A DNA stretch of 64,000 nt, taken from assembly GCA_963729895.1 (NCBI GenBank), contig CAVSQB010000019.1, forward strand, positions 175,128-239,127, given 5' to 3'. The position numbers and the translations under genes were made by a program. Positions 39,795 to 49,386 of the stretch are shown one piece after another. The notes under the pieces were generated by a model. It had not been told where the DNA came from. It ran no database searches and worked only from the letters and a program-made list of their open reading frames with translations. This stretch comes from an uncultured Fibrobacterota bacterium. GTDB taxonomy: Bacteria > Fibrobacterota > Chitinivibrionia > Chitinivibrionales > FEN-1185. The stretch's first letter is position 1. Each line of letters begins with the position of its first letter.

Positions 39795-41819
39795 ATGGTT
39801 GCCCTCAGGACATTGCCCGTCTTCCTGCTCGCGTGCGTGCTGCTTTTTTCGTGCACCAACAAAAGCGTAACCGGCACCACCGACGAAACGGTCGTCACCT
39901 CGGCGCACGTCTACAATCCCGACCATTCTCCCGCTGCCAATGCAACGGTCAAGGTGTTTGCCGTGAGCGACACCTCGCGTATTCCCGCGTACCAGACCAC
40001 CACGGACAACACGGGAAAATATCATCTCGAAGTGGGCAACGGCGTATACAACGTGCTGGTGGGAAAAGACTCCCTTGGAGCGTTTCAGGATTCGGTGATC
40101 GTGCAGACATCGTATTCCACACTTTCCAATGACACGCTCGGCCGCCCGGGCGTCTTGTGCGGCGTGATCGTGATGCAGCCGATGGATAACCCGGCCACGG
40201 CCACGGTCCAGATATTGGGCACCGACAAATATTCGAATGTTCTGGAAAACGGCTCGTTCGTTATAGGAGGCATCCCGGCCGGCGAGTACTCGCTGCGCTC
40301 GGTTACGACGCTGCCCGAGTACACCCCAACCTTTACAAACATTACCATGGCGCCGACGATCAAGGATACTCTTCGAGACACAATCAAACTGATTTACACA
40401 GGCATTCCGGTGGTCCTGAACCTGAAAGCATCGTACGACACGCTTTCCGGGATCGTTACGCTCAGATGGGACACCCTTTCTTATTTCAATCTGCGCGACT
40501 TCCTTATTTACCGTGACCAGGGACAAATACTGACCCCTTCGACAACTCCTATCGGAACGTCCCCGATATGCACATTTACGGATACAATAGGCAACAGCTT
40601 TCCCGGATCGAGCGCCTTGTTTACTTACCGCGTCGCGGTACGATCGAAGGATTTTTCCATCGGCCAGACTTACGAGGAAGTTCAGGTGACCGCTGTTTCC
40701 CCGTTTTCGATTTATCTGAGGGATACGACTCCTGTGTACCTGGGAGTGCCTCACACACTTTCGGCCTTCGTTTTTGGCAGCGCAGGATCTGCTGTAGTCA
40801 AATACGCTTGGGACATAGGCGGTCACGGTTTCTTTTCGGCAAGCCAGGGGCCGGAAACCACGTTCGTTCTGCACGACACCGTTATCGCAAGAAATTATAT
40901 GTGCATCCTTAAGACGACTGTCGGCACTGCGAGAACCATACTGGACACGGTGAACTTGCCGGTGTATCTGCAGTGGCAGAAAGTGGCGCAGGGGTTTGAT
41001 TCGGTGAATTCGTTAAGTTATCATGCGGTGTCGCTGCCGGGCAAGATTGTTGCATTTATTGACAAGAGCGACATGCCGAACGTATACAAAACCGCCACAT
41101 GGCAAAGTACAGACGGCCAGACCTGGACAAGGATCACGGATTCCCTGGAGATCCCGTTTTCACCATATTCAGGCAAACCGGTTAACTTCTTGAACCGTAT
41201 TTGCCTTGTGGATGAAAACGGTTATCTTTGGACGTCAATCGACGGAGTCGGTTGGAGCAAGGACTCCGTTGCGCCGCTTTGCAGTACTCTTGAGACGGGT
41301 GCCGGCTTTACACCAGCCGTTGGGAACCTATGCACACCTGCGCTGTTTGTCGATGGAACAACCATCGTACTTCAGCCATTTCCAGGCACCGGGTCAACCA
41401 ATATTCTTACGTCCACAGACCTTATCAATTGGGATAGTACAAGCGGCTTCCAAATGAGAAGTCTGGTTTCCGATTACGCGAATTACAATGGGACTCTTGC
41501 GGTGGTAGGATTCGATTGGAACCAACTCTCGTCGTGGGCTGGCATAAAGACCTCTGGGAGAATCAGCTACTTAGCATGTCCTGACCCAAGTTCGAGCAGC
41601 AGTCCCTTCGAATACAACATTATCGCCTACAAAAACACCTTCATTTACTCAAATAGTGCTTACGGCAACCTGTGGGCCCTTGCAAACGAGTCGACGCCAA
41701 GTTGGTTCCAATGTTCAGATCCTCTCACGGGAGCACAAAATTCCGATTATTCTCTTGTCGTTTTCAACAAAGAACTCTATTTGATCTCCGCTTCAGGTAT
41801 TTACGAAGCAGCGAATTGA
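39795..41819 (+). CDS. Large lipoprotein with carboxypeptidase-regulatory-like, Ig-like and beta-propeller-like regions
   Basis: GGAG RBS, lipobox LFSC, 'TTTDNTGKY', 'NGSFVI.GIPAGEY' and Asp-box-like 'WQSTDGQTW', 'WTSIDGVGW', 'TSTDLINW'. Confidence 0.75.
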   Translation: MVALRTLPVFLLACVLLFSCTNKSVTGTTDETVVTSAHVYNPDHSPAANATVKVFAVSDTSRIPAYQTTTDNTGKYHLEVGNGVYNVLVGKDSLGAFQDSVIVQTSYSTLSNDTLGRPGVLCGVIVMQPMDNPATATVQILGTDKYSNVLENGSFVIGGIPAGEYSLRSVTTLPEYTPTFTNITMAPTIKDTLRDTIKLIYTGIPVVLNLKASYDTLSGIVTLRWDTLSYFNLRDFLIYRDQGQILTPSTTPIGTSPICTFTDTIGNSFPGSSALFTYRVAVRSKDFSIGQTYEEVQVTAVSPFSIYLRDTTPVYLGVPHTLSAFVFGSAGSAVVKYAWDIGGHGFFSASQGPETTFVLHDTVIARNYMCILKTTVGTARTILDTVNLPVYLQWQKVAQGFDSVNSLSYHAVSLPGKIVAFIDKSDMPNVYKTATWQSTDGQTWTRITDSLEIPFSPYSGKPVNFLNRICLVDENGYLWTSIDGVGWSKDSVAPLCSTLETGAGFTPAVGNLCTPALFVDGTTIVLQPFPGTGSTNILTSTDLINWDSTSGFQMRSLVSDYANYNGTLAVVGFDWNQLSSWAGIKTSGRISYLACPDPSSSSSPFEYNIIAYKNTFIYSNSAYGNLWALANESTPSWFQCSDPLTGAQNSDYSLVVFNKELYLISASGIYEAAN

Positions 41820-42122
41820 CTGCAGGGCAACTTACAGGATTTAATGGCAGCAATAACTGATCCAAATAACTCGCATTGACAAAGGCCGTTCTTGCCTTGC
41901 TCCTTGTCGAAGCAGGAACGGCATTCGCCTCGCGACAACCTCCACGGCAAACGACCGGCGTCATTCTTCCGGCTGGAGAATAGCAACCAACCTGTTCAAA
42001 CACGAAACCAAGCCTGGGCGTTTCCAAGACTTGGGCAAAAACACCTGCGTCGTCCAATAGTCTGTGCTTCCTCGCCAACCTTTAGGAAGACCCCCGCTTC
42101 CCTCCTTGCTCATAATTTCTTC

Positions 42123-42168
42123 TTGACCCTCCAATTCCTATTCGTTATATTTTAACCATCCGGTTAAA
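42123..42168 (+). promoter_or_regulatory. sigma70 promoter with overlapping TetR operator
   Basis: TTGACC (42123-42128), 17 bp, TATATT (42146-42151). Palindrome TTTAACC-atcc-GGTTAAA (42151-42168) lies immediately before the TetR ATG. Confidence 0.7.
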
Positions 42169-42172
42169 CCAT

Positions 42173-42850
42173 ATGACTAAAAAGCAAACCAACAAATCAC
42201 TCCTTCACCCCGACCTCACCACCGAGCAGAAGATCCTCGCCGCGGCCCGCGAAGAATTTTCCGAACGCGGCATCGACGGGACGCGCATGCAGGCCATCGC
42301 GAACAGGGCGGGCGTCAACAAGGCGCTGCTTCATTACTATTTCCGGTCCAAAGATAAGCTGTTCGAAGTCATTATCCGCGACCTGGTTTCCGGCATTTGG
42401 CGCGCTATCCGCGCCGATCTGGACCGTCAGCCGCAGGCGCTTGATCTGCGTTCCGCGGTCCGTTCGCTCGTTTCGGCCTACATCACCGCGTTGTCGCAGC
42501 AACCCGAGATACCTCGAATTCTCATCCGGCAATTGCTCAACCGGGACAAGAACGTCCGTGTCATTGCGCGCACGATCATAAAGGAAGTCGGCGACGCGCC
42601 TCTGCGCATCGTTGCGGCCTTTCAGCGGGAAGTGAAGGCCGGGGACATTAAGAAAGCGGACCCGGTCCAGCTCATGCTGAATATTGTCGGCATGGTTATT
42701 GTCACCTTCTTGAGCCAGCCCATTGCCGAAATCGTTCGAAAGGAAACCGGATTGAGCATTCCTTACGACGAAAGATTTTACAAAGCAAGAGTGGATTCGA
42801 TCGCCGACATGGTATTCGACGGCATTTCGATCAAGGAGCGCACATCATGA
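42173..42850 (+). CDS. TetR/AcrR family transcriptional regulator
   Basis: 'KILAAAREEF...G...T....IA.RAGVNKALLHYYF.SK..LF'. Confidence 0.93.
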   Translation: MTKKQTNKSLLHPDLTTEQKILAAAREEFSERGIDGTRMQAIANRAGVNKALLHYYFRSKDKLFEVIIRDLVSGIWRAIRADLDRQPQALDLRSAVRSLVSAYITALSQQPEIPRILIRQLLNRDKNVRVIARTIIKEVGDAPLRIVAAFQREVKAGDIKKADPVQLMLNIVGMVIVTFLSQPIAEIVRKETGLSIPYDERFYKARVDSIADMVFDGISIKERTS

Positions 42851-44181
42851 AACGCACCGGTATCCCCCAATTCTGTCTGTTGCTCGCGGCACTGGTTCCC
42901 ATCCATTCATTCGGCCTGAGCCTGCGACAGGCTCAGGAATCCCTGCTTGCCAATAACCTCGATATCGTTATGGCCTATCAGGACTACTGCAAGAAGGCGT
43001 ACGAGGAGGCGGAAGCGAAAGCGATGTGGTATCCGTCGCTGGACGTAGTTGGGTCATACAACTATTTCACGGAAAAGAATTCATTACTATTTCCAAGCGA
43101 TGTCCCAGGATTTCCCCCGGCTCTTGCCGGGCAAACATTACCGTTGGGCAACAACTACCGCGCAGAAGGCGGCCTCGACCTGAGTTATCCGCTCACGACC
43201 GCTTTTGTCAATATGTACAACGTGCGATACCGCCACCTTGCGCTTCAAATGAAGGACGCCCAGAACGCGGGCCTCAAGAACCAGCTTTCTTTCCGGCTCG
43301 GCGCCCTGTACTTTGCCTGGGAGCTTTCCTACAGCCAGGTGGAAGTGTACCAAACGCTCGTGCAGCAGCTTGAGGACCAGGCAACCCAGGCGCGCAATCT
43401 CACTGCAGGCGGGCTTGCTTCGTCGTCCAAAATCCTTGATGCGCTTGCTCGCCTTGCAAGCGCACGGGCCGACCTTACAACCGCGCAAAACCAGTCCGAT
43501 TCGCTGAGGCTGGAGCTTATCAATTTTACCCAATGCAAAGATTCCGGCCTTACGCCTGAGACTTATTCGTTCGGCCTTGATTCGGCCGCCCTTTCCTCGC
43601 TCGACACCGTGGAACTCAACACGGGACGGCCCGAACTCGCCGCAACGGATTATTACATTTCGCAGCAGTCCGCCCTCAAGGACATAATCGGCGGGCAGAA
43701 ATATCCCAATCTTGTGGCCTCGGTGGGATACCGTTACGCCAATCCCGGGCTTAAAATGGGCGGCAGCGATTTCATGGGATACGGGCAAGCCGGCCTGCAG
43801 CTCAAATGGAGCACAACGACGCTGTTTGATTGGTCCGCGCCGTCCAGCCAGCAGAAGCAAACGTCATATCAGATGGAAATCGCCAGATTTCAGAAGCAGC
43901 AAATGATCGAAGCGTGGAACAACGCAATCAAGAACGCGAAGCTCCAGGTGACGAGGGCCATGCGCCAGCACGAGGCCGCGCAGGCTTCGCTTGATGCCGC
44001 CGAGGCCGTGGTGACCGACGCGAAAAACGGCCTTGCAGCGGGCACGATAACCCAGGCCGATTATCTCAATGCGCTCACCTCACGGGCCAAGGCCGACCTT
44101 CTTGTGAGGCAGGCCGTGTTCACGACAAATATGGCGGTATTGCATCTCTATTTTGCATCGGGAAAGGAACTTAAATTCTAG
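42847..44181 (+). CDS. TolC family outer-membrane protein
   Basis: Signal peptide, two OEP-like repeats ('WYPSL', 'KYPNL'); operon context. Confidence 0.82.
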   Translation: MKRTGIPQFCLLLAALVPIHSFGLSLRQAQESLLANNLDIVMAYQDYCKKAYEEAEAKAMWYPSLDVVGSYNYFTEKNSLLFPSDVPGFPPALAGQTLPLGNNYRAEGGLDLSYPLTTAFVNMYNVRYRHLALQMKDAQNAGLKNQLSFRLGALYFAWELSYSQVEVYQTLVQQLEDQATQARNLTAGGLASSSKILDALARLASARADLTTAQNQSDSLRLELINFTQCKDSGLTPETYSFGLDSAALSSLDTVELNTGRPELAATDYYISQQSALKDIIGGQKYPNLVASVGYRYANPGLKMGGSDFMGYGQAGLQLKWSTTTLFDWSAPSSQQKQTSYQMEIARFQKQQMIEAWNNAIKNAKLQVTRAMRQHEAAQASLDAAEAVVTDAKNGLAAGTITQADYLNALTSRAKADLLVRQAVFTTNMAVLHLYFASGKELKF

Positions 44182-44275
44182 GAAGAGTTGGGCATTCACA
44201 ATTGACAGTTGAAGACAATGGCCGTCGATTGATGGCCACCGTGATAATCGGCACTATTGCAGAAAAGGGGTTCAT

Positions 44276-45184
44276 ATGATCGTCAATCGAATTGTGGGCG
44301 TCATTCTGTCCGGCCTGCCGGCGCTTTTCTTCGCCTGCAGTCCCACCAACAGCAAGGACTTTGTCGGCTCGGCCGTGGTAGAGACCCAGACGTATCAGAT
44401 CGCCACAACAGCGCAGGGAACCATCGTCGCGCTTTTCAAAGACGAAGGCCAGCAGGTTGCGAAAAGCGAACTCGTTGCGGTCATCGACACCATTCCTCTC
44501 GTGCTCAGGCTGAACGAGCTTTCCGCCGCGCTCGGCGAGCTTACCAGGAACATTGCGGCCAAGAGGGACGAAGTTTCGTCCCAGGAATCGGACGTGCACG
44601 GTGTGGAGCGCGAGTACAAGAGGATTGCAAAGCTCGTGCAGGAAGGATCCGCTCCGTCCCAGCAAAAAGACAATCTCCAGACCCAGGCCGAATCGTCTAC
44701 GCTTCTGGTACAGGCGAACAAATCAACGTTGTCGAGTCTTCAGGCGAAAATCACTACGATTAACGCGCAGCGGGCCGAGCTGCTCGACCAGGTCTCGCGC
44801 TGCTACGTTCACTCCCCGGCCGCAGGTGTGGTCCTGACGAAGTACAAGAACCTCGGCGAGGTTGCATTGCCCGGTAATCCCGTGTTCGAACTTGGCAAAT
44901 ACGACACCATGCAGATCGATTTCTACGTGACCCAGCCCATGCTGCCGGCCTTCACGTTGGGCCAAACCGTTCGCGTACGGCTCGACAACGAAATGGCAGG
45001 ACGCAAAAACAAGCAGGTCTTTCTGCCTGCGCAGGTCACCTGGATCAGCAGCGACGCGGAATTCTCCCCGAAGAACATCCAGACGCGGGAGAGCAGGAAC
45101 GAGTTGGTGTTTAAAATAAGGGCGATGGCGGCGAACCACGAAGGGCTGTTGAAGAGGGGTTTACCAGTAGAGGTTTGGAGATAA
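44276..45184 (+). CDS. HlyD-family periplasmic adaptor (YbhG-like)
   Basis: Lipobox FFAC, 'SP..GVVL.K....GE' and 'WISSDAEFSPKNIQT.ESR..LV'. Confidence 0.88.
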   Translation: MIVNRIVGVILSGLPALFFACSPTNSKDFVGSAVVETQTYQIATTAQGTIVALFKDEGQQVAKSELVAVIDTIPLVLRLNELSAALGELTRNIAAKRDEVSSQESDVHGVEREYKRIAKLVQEGSAPSQQKDNLQTQAESSTLLVQANKSTLSSLQAKITTINAQRAELLDQVSRCYVHSPAAGVVLTKYKNLGEVALPGNPVFELGKYDTMQIDFYVTQPMLPAFTLGQTVRVRLDNEMAGRKNKQVFLPAQVTWISSDAEFSPKNIQTRESRNELVFKIRAMAANHEGLLKRGLPVEVWR

Positions 45185-45274
45185 TTGATAAAAGGTGTTT
45201 CGGTTCTAACCGGGTGGTACCAGGCCGCACACGCTCGGCATTCCACATAAATCTCATTGTTCCCAGTCAATGCT

Positions 45275-46210
45275 ATGCCAGACGATATCATAATCAATGA
45301 CCTTTACAAGAACTACTCGGGTGAACACGCCCTTGCCGGTGTCTCGCTTTCCGTACCGCGGGGGTCTTTGTATGGTTTGATCGGCGCGGACGGAGCCGGC
45401 AAGTCCACGCTCATGCGGGTATGCACCACGCTTATCGCGGCCGACAAGGGGACCGCGCTGGTGTGCGGTTTTGACGCAGCCCGTGACTTTCAGAAGATCC
45501 GCAACCAAATCGGCTACATGCCGCAGAAGTTTTCCCTCTACCAGGACCTGAGCGTGCGGGAGAACATGCAGTTCTTTGCAGATCTTTTCGGCGTTAAGCC
45601 AAAGGAACGGGACGAACGCATGAAGCGCCTTCTCGAATTCTCCCGGCTTGCGCCCTTTGTTGACAGACGCGCTCGGAATCTTTCCGGCGGCATGAAACAG
45701 AAGCTCGCACTGTCATGCACCCTCATTCATACGCCAAAAGTGCTGTTTCTTGATGAGCCTACCACCGGCGTAGACCCTGTTTCACGCAAGGAATTCTGGG
45801 CCATTCTCAAAGACCTCGGGAACCAGGGTATCACGATCGTCATTTCAACGCCGTACATGGACGAAGCGCACTTGTGCGACGAATTGCTGTTTCTGCACCG
45901 GGGAAAAGTCGTGCGGCAGGGAAACCCGGAGGCGCTGCTTACCGCATATCCGTATCGTATTTACCGGATATCAAGCTCCTCGTCCACCCTTACCGTACCG
46001 AAAGGAGTTTCCCTTCCGCACGGGGTGGCGCTGTTGTATCCCGAAGGCGGCAGCATCCACGCTGCAATCAACGATGCGAGTCTCCGCGATTATGGAATAC
46101 TGCCGCTGGTGAGGCCGCTGCTTCCACATGCGGAATCCGCGGTGCAGGTGAGCCCAAAAATTGAGGATCTGTTTATCCATCTTCTCTCCCGGGAGGGAAA
46201 CGCGCAGTGA
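45275..46210 (+). CDS. ABC-2 ATP-binding protein (YbhF N-half-like)
   Basis: GADGAGKS, 'GYMPQKFSLY.DL', LSGGMKQKL and 'LDEPTTGVDP.SR'. Confidence 0.92.
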   Translation: MPDDIIINDLYKNYSGEHALAGVSLSVPRGSLYGLIGADGAGKSTLMRVCTTLIAADKGTALVCGFDAARDFQKIRNQIGYMPQKFSLYQDLSVRENMQFFADLFGVKPKERDERMKRLLEFSRLAPFVDRRARNLSGGMKQKLALSCTLIHTPKVLFLDEPTTGVDPVSRKEFWAILKDLGNQGITIVISTPYMDEAHLCDELLFLHRGKVVRQGNPEALLTAYPYRIYRISSSSSTLTVPKGVSLPHGVALLYPEGGSIHAAINDASLRDYGILPLVRPLLPHAESAVQVSPKIEDLFIHLLSREGNAQ

Positions 46211-46938
46211 CCTTTTCCATCGAAACCAGCGACCTCACCAAGAAATTCGGTTCGTACACCGCCGTTGACCATATCAACGTATCGGTGAAGCAGGGTGAGG
46301 TATTCGGGTTCCTGGGAGCAAACGGGGCCGGAAAAACAACGGCGATTCGCATGCTGTGCGGTCTTTTGGAACCGACGAGCGGCTCCGGTCATGTGGCGGG
46401 CTTCGACATCATGAAGGAGCCCTCCAAAATCCGCTCGCGCATCGGCTACATGTCGCAGAAGTTCTCGCTCTACCCCGACCTTGTCGTACGCGACAACCTT
46501 AAGCTCTATGGGTCGCTCTACGGACTTTCACGGCAATCCCTCGATCAACGTATCGGCGAGATGTCGGCATTTCTCGGGCTTGACGACCTCTTCGGCAGGG
46601 TTACCGGCACCCTGCCTTGGGGTTGGCAACAACGGCTGAGCCTTGCCTGCGCGAATCTGCACAAACCCCAGATTCTGTTTCTCGACGAGCCCACCGGCTC
46701 CGTTGACCCCGTCAGCCGGCGCAATTTCTGGGATCTCATCCAACTGTTGGCCGAACAGGGGACCACGATTTTTGTCACCACGCACCATATGGACGAAGCG
46801 GAATATTGCCACCGCATTTCAATCATGATAAACGGCACAATCGCGGCCATAGACTCGCCGCAATCGCTCAAGCAACAATACAAATGCGAAACTCTTCTCG
46901 ATGCCTTTCTGGCCGTCGTGGAGGGGGGCAACCGGTGA
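46207..46938 (+). CDS. ABC-2 ATP-binding protein (YbhF C-half-like)
   Basis: GANGAGKT, 'GYMSQKFSLY', 'LPWGWQQRL', 'LDEPT..VDP' and 'TTH.MDEAE'. Confidence 0.92.
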   Translation: MTFSIETSDLTKKFGSYTAVDHINVSVKQGEVFGFLGANGAGKTTAIRMLCGLLEPTSGSGHVAGFDIMKEPSKIRSRIGYMSQKFSLYPDLVVRDNLKLYGSLYGLSRQSLDQRIGEMSAFLGLDDLFGRVTGTLPWGWQQRLSLACANLHKPQILFLDEPTGSVDPVSRRNFWDLIQLLAEQGTTIFVTTHHMDEAEYCHRISIMINGTIAAIDSPQSLKQQYKCETLLDAFLAVVEGGNR

Positions 46939-48041
46939 ACCCGCGCATTCGTGCACTCATGCGCAAGGAAGTCTGGCATATTCTGCGGGACTGGCAGACG
47001 CTTGTCATCGTGCTTGCCATGCCGGTGTTCATGATGTTTCTCTACGGCTATGCGCTCGATGTCAACATTAGCGACGTGCGCGTGATGGTGGAAGACCCGT
47101 CGCCGTCGGTCGAAACCGCGGAGATAATCCGGGCCATAGACCACAGCAGCCTCTTCAAGGTTGTCGGCGTGGTTCATTCCGCAGGCAACCCGGACGAGAT
47201 CTTCAGGCGGTATCATGTCAAGGCTCTGTTCCGGTTCTCGCCGGAATTCACCGCAGACCTTCGGCGGCCGGGCAGCCCGGCCTCGGTGCAGGTACTTATT
47301 GACGGATCGGACCAGAACCTGGGCACGGTGCTCCGGAATGTTGTGGAACCGTTTCTGCAGAAAAGCGCGCTTGAGATCCTGCACGTGCCGGTGCCCTCCG
47401 CCATCAACGTGCGCCAGACAATCTTGTACAACCCCCAGCAGAAAAGCGCCATGTACTTTGTGCCCGGCCTCATGGTGACCATTCTCATGATGATTTCCGC
47501 AATGCTCACCTCGCTCACCATAACGCGCGAGAAGGAATCGGGCTCCCTGGAGCAGATGCTCGTGTCGCCCGTACGGCCCGCAGAAATCATGGCCGGTAAA
47601 ATCGCTCCCTATATCGTGCTGGCGGCAATTGACGGCGCGCTTATCCTCCTTGTCGGCTATGTCGTGTTCGGCGTCGCGATTTCCGGGAGTCTGCTTCTGC
47701 TTGCCGCGGCGAGCCTCATTTACATCTTTGCGGCGCTGGCGCTCGGGCTGCTTATCAGCACGGTGGCAAACAAACAGGAACACGCGATGCTTATTGTGCT
47801 CCCGGTCACGGTGCTTCCAACCGTGCTTTTGTCCGGGTTCATTTTTCCCATTGCCAGCCTGCCGCCGCTGCTGCAGTATGTATGCATGGTCATTCCAGCC
47901 ACCTATTTTCTCGAAATAATACGCGGCATTATTCTCAAGGGGGTGGGGCTTGGGGTTCTGTGGCGGCCGATGCTGGTTCTCGGGTTCATGGGGCTTTTTC
48001 TTATCGTGGTTTCCGTCAGAAAGTTCAGGGTGAAGCTGTGA
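46935..48041 (+). CDS. ABC-2 permease (YbhS-like)
   Basis: GTG start overlapping the upstream TGA. 'KE..HI.RD', 'YNP', 'VPGL', 'REKESGSLEQ' and 'LLSGFIFPI'. Confidence 0.9.
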   Translation: MNPRIRALMRKEVWHILRDWQTLVIVLAMPVFMMFLYGYALDVNISDVRVMVEDPSPSVETAEIIRAIDHSSLFKVVGVVHSAGNPDEIFRRYHVKALFRFSPEFTADLRRPGSPASVQVLIDGSDQNLGTVLRNVVEPFLQKSALEILHVPVPSAINVRQTILYNPQQKSAMYFVPGLMVTILMMISAMLTSLTITREKESGSLEQMLVSPVRPAEIMAGKIAPYIVLAAIDGALILLVGYVVFGVAISGSLLLLAAASLIYIFAALALGLLISTVANKQEHAMLIVLPVTVLPTVLLSGFIFPIASLPPLLQYVCMVIPATYFLEIIRGIILKGVGLGVLWRPMLVLGFMGLFLIVVSVRKFRVKL

Positions 48042-49165
48042 ACTTCATCCGGCTCATTGTCTGGAAGGAATTCACGCAGATCCGGTCCGACCCGATCGTC
48101 ATCCGGCTTATCATCGTGCCCGTGATCCTCCAGATGTTCGTGCTGGGATATGCGCTCACCACCGAGGTGAAGAACACTACCCTCACGATACTTGACAGAA
48201 GCAATACTCCCGAAAGCGTCTCGCTCGTCCAGACCATTCTTCACAACGAGTTGTTCCGCTTTGCCGGCTACGCCGAAAGCGAAACAGACTGCCGCGACCG
48301 CCTCGACAGGGGCGATGCGAGGCTTGCGCTCATTGTGCCGGCACAGTTCGCAAGAGATTTGGAGGCACCGCGCGGCGCCGAGGTCTCGCTCATCATAGAC
48401 GGCCAGGATGCCAATTCCTCGAATATCTCGAGCGGCTACATGAATTCCATAATCTCCGGGTGGAGCGTCTCCTTTCTCGAAAAGAAACTTGAGGCCGGCG
48501 GGTTGCGGCTCAGGAACGTGTTGCCCATAGAAGTGCATCCGGTCATCATGTACAACCCCATGCTCAAATCGACCTGGTACATGGTGCCCGCCCTCGCCGT
48601 TGTCCTTGTCACCATGATCACCGCGCTTCTCACGGGATTTTCTATTGTTAAGGAGAAAGAAGCGGGCACGCTCGAACAGCTCATGGTGACGCCCATCAGC
48701 CCGGTACACGTGGTACTTGGCAAGATCGTGCCCTATGTGGTGATCGGCCTGCTCGAATTGAGCGCAGTTCTCGCCTGCGCAACCCTGTGGTTCCGCGTGC
48801 CGTTCAAGGGAAATTTCTTCACCCTGCTTTTGTTCGGTCTTATTTACATGACGTCTTCCATCGGCATCGGCATCCTCGTTTCAACGGTTGCCCGCAACGC
48901 GCAGCAGGTGCTGTTCATTCTCTGGTTCATCCTCATTTTCTTCCTGTTTTTGTCAGGCTTTTTCCTGGCGCTCGAAAACATGCCCGTGTGGGTGCAGCAG
49001 GTCACCTTGATCAATCCGCTCCGCTACTTCATGTTCATTCTGCGCGAAATGTTCCTCAAGGGCAGCGGGTTCGCGGAGCTGTGGCCGCAGGGTCTGGCCA
49101 TGCTCGTCATTGGAGGAGTGGTGTTCGGGGCGTCGCTCGCGACGTTTCAGAGGAAGGTGAGCTGA
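48038..49165 (+). CDS. ABC-2 permease (YbhR-like)
   Basis: GTG start overlapping the upstream TGA. 'KEF.QIR.D', 'YNP', 'KEKEAGTLEQL.VTP' and 'NPLRYF'. Confidence 0.9.
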   Translation: MNFIRLIVWKEFTQIRSDPIVIRLIIVPVILQMFVLGYALTTEVKNTTLTILDRSNTPESVSLVQTILHNELFRFAGYAESETDCRDRLDRGDARLALIVPAQFARDLEAPRGAEVSLIIDGQDANSSNISSGYMNSIISGWSVSFLEKKLEAGGLRLRNVLPIEVHPVIMYNPMLKSTWYMVPALAVVLVTMITALLTGFSIVKEKEAGTLEQLMVTPISPVHVVLGKIVPYVVIGLLELSAVLACATLWFRVPFKGNFFTLLLFGLIYMTSSIGIGILVSTVARNAQQVLFILWFILIFFLFLSGFFLALENMPVWVQQVTLINPLRYFMFILREMFLKGSGFAELWPQGLAMLVIGGVVFGASLATFQRKVS

Positions 49166-49386
49166 ATCGTTATTCGTTCATGAAAAGGTTCTGGAGGGGA
49201 AACCCTGTCGGGTTTGCCGCTTCGCGGCCATGAAGATGCATCAATCCGTCAATACGCCCGTGCCTCGCCGTGCCTCCTTTATCTTCCATGCCGAACCTTG
49301 CGCTTCCCTCAAAACGTCATCCTTGAAATATCAACCAGGGAACAGGCCAACGCCCGGTTGTAAACAGAATAACGTATATTGTACTG

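Noticed and set aside
41820..42120. Possible small ORFs or gene remnant between the lipoprotein and TetR
   Set aside because: No frame gives a recognisable protein or RBS.
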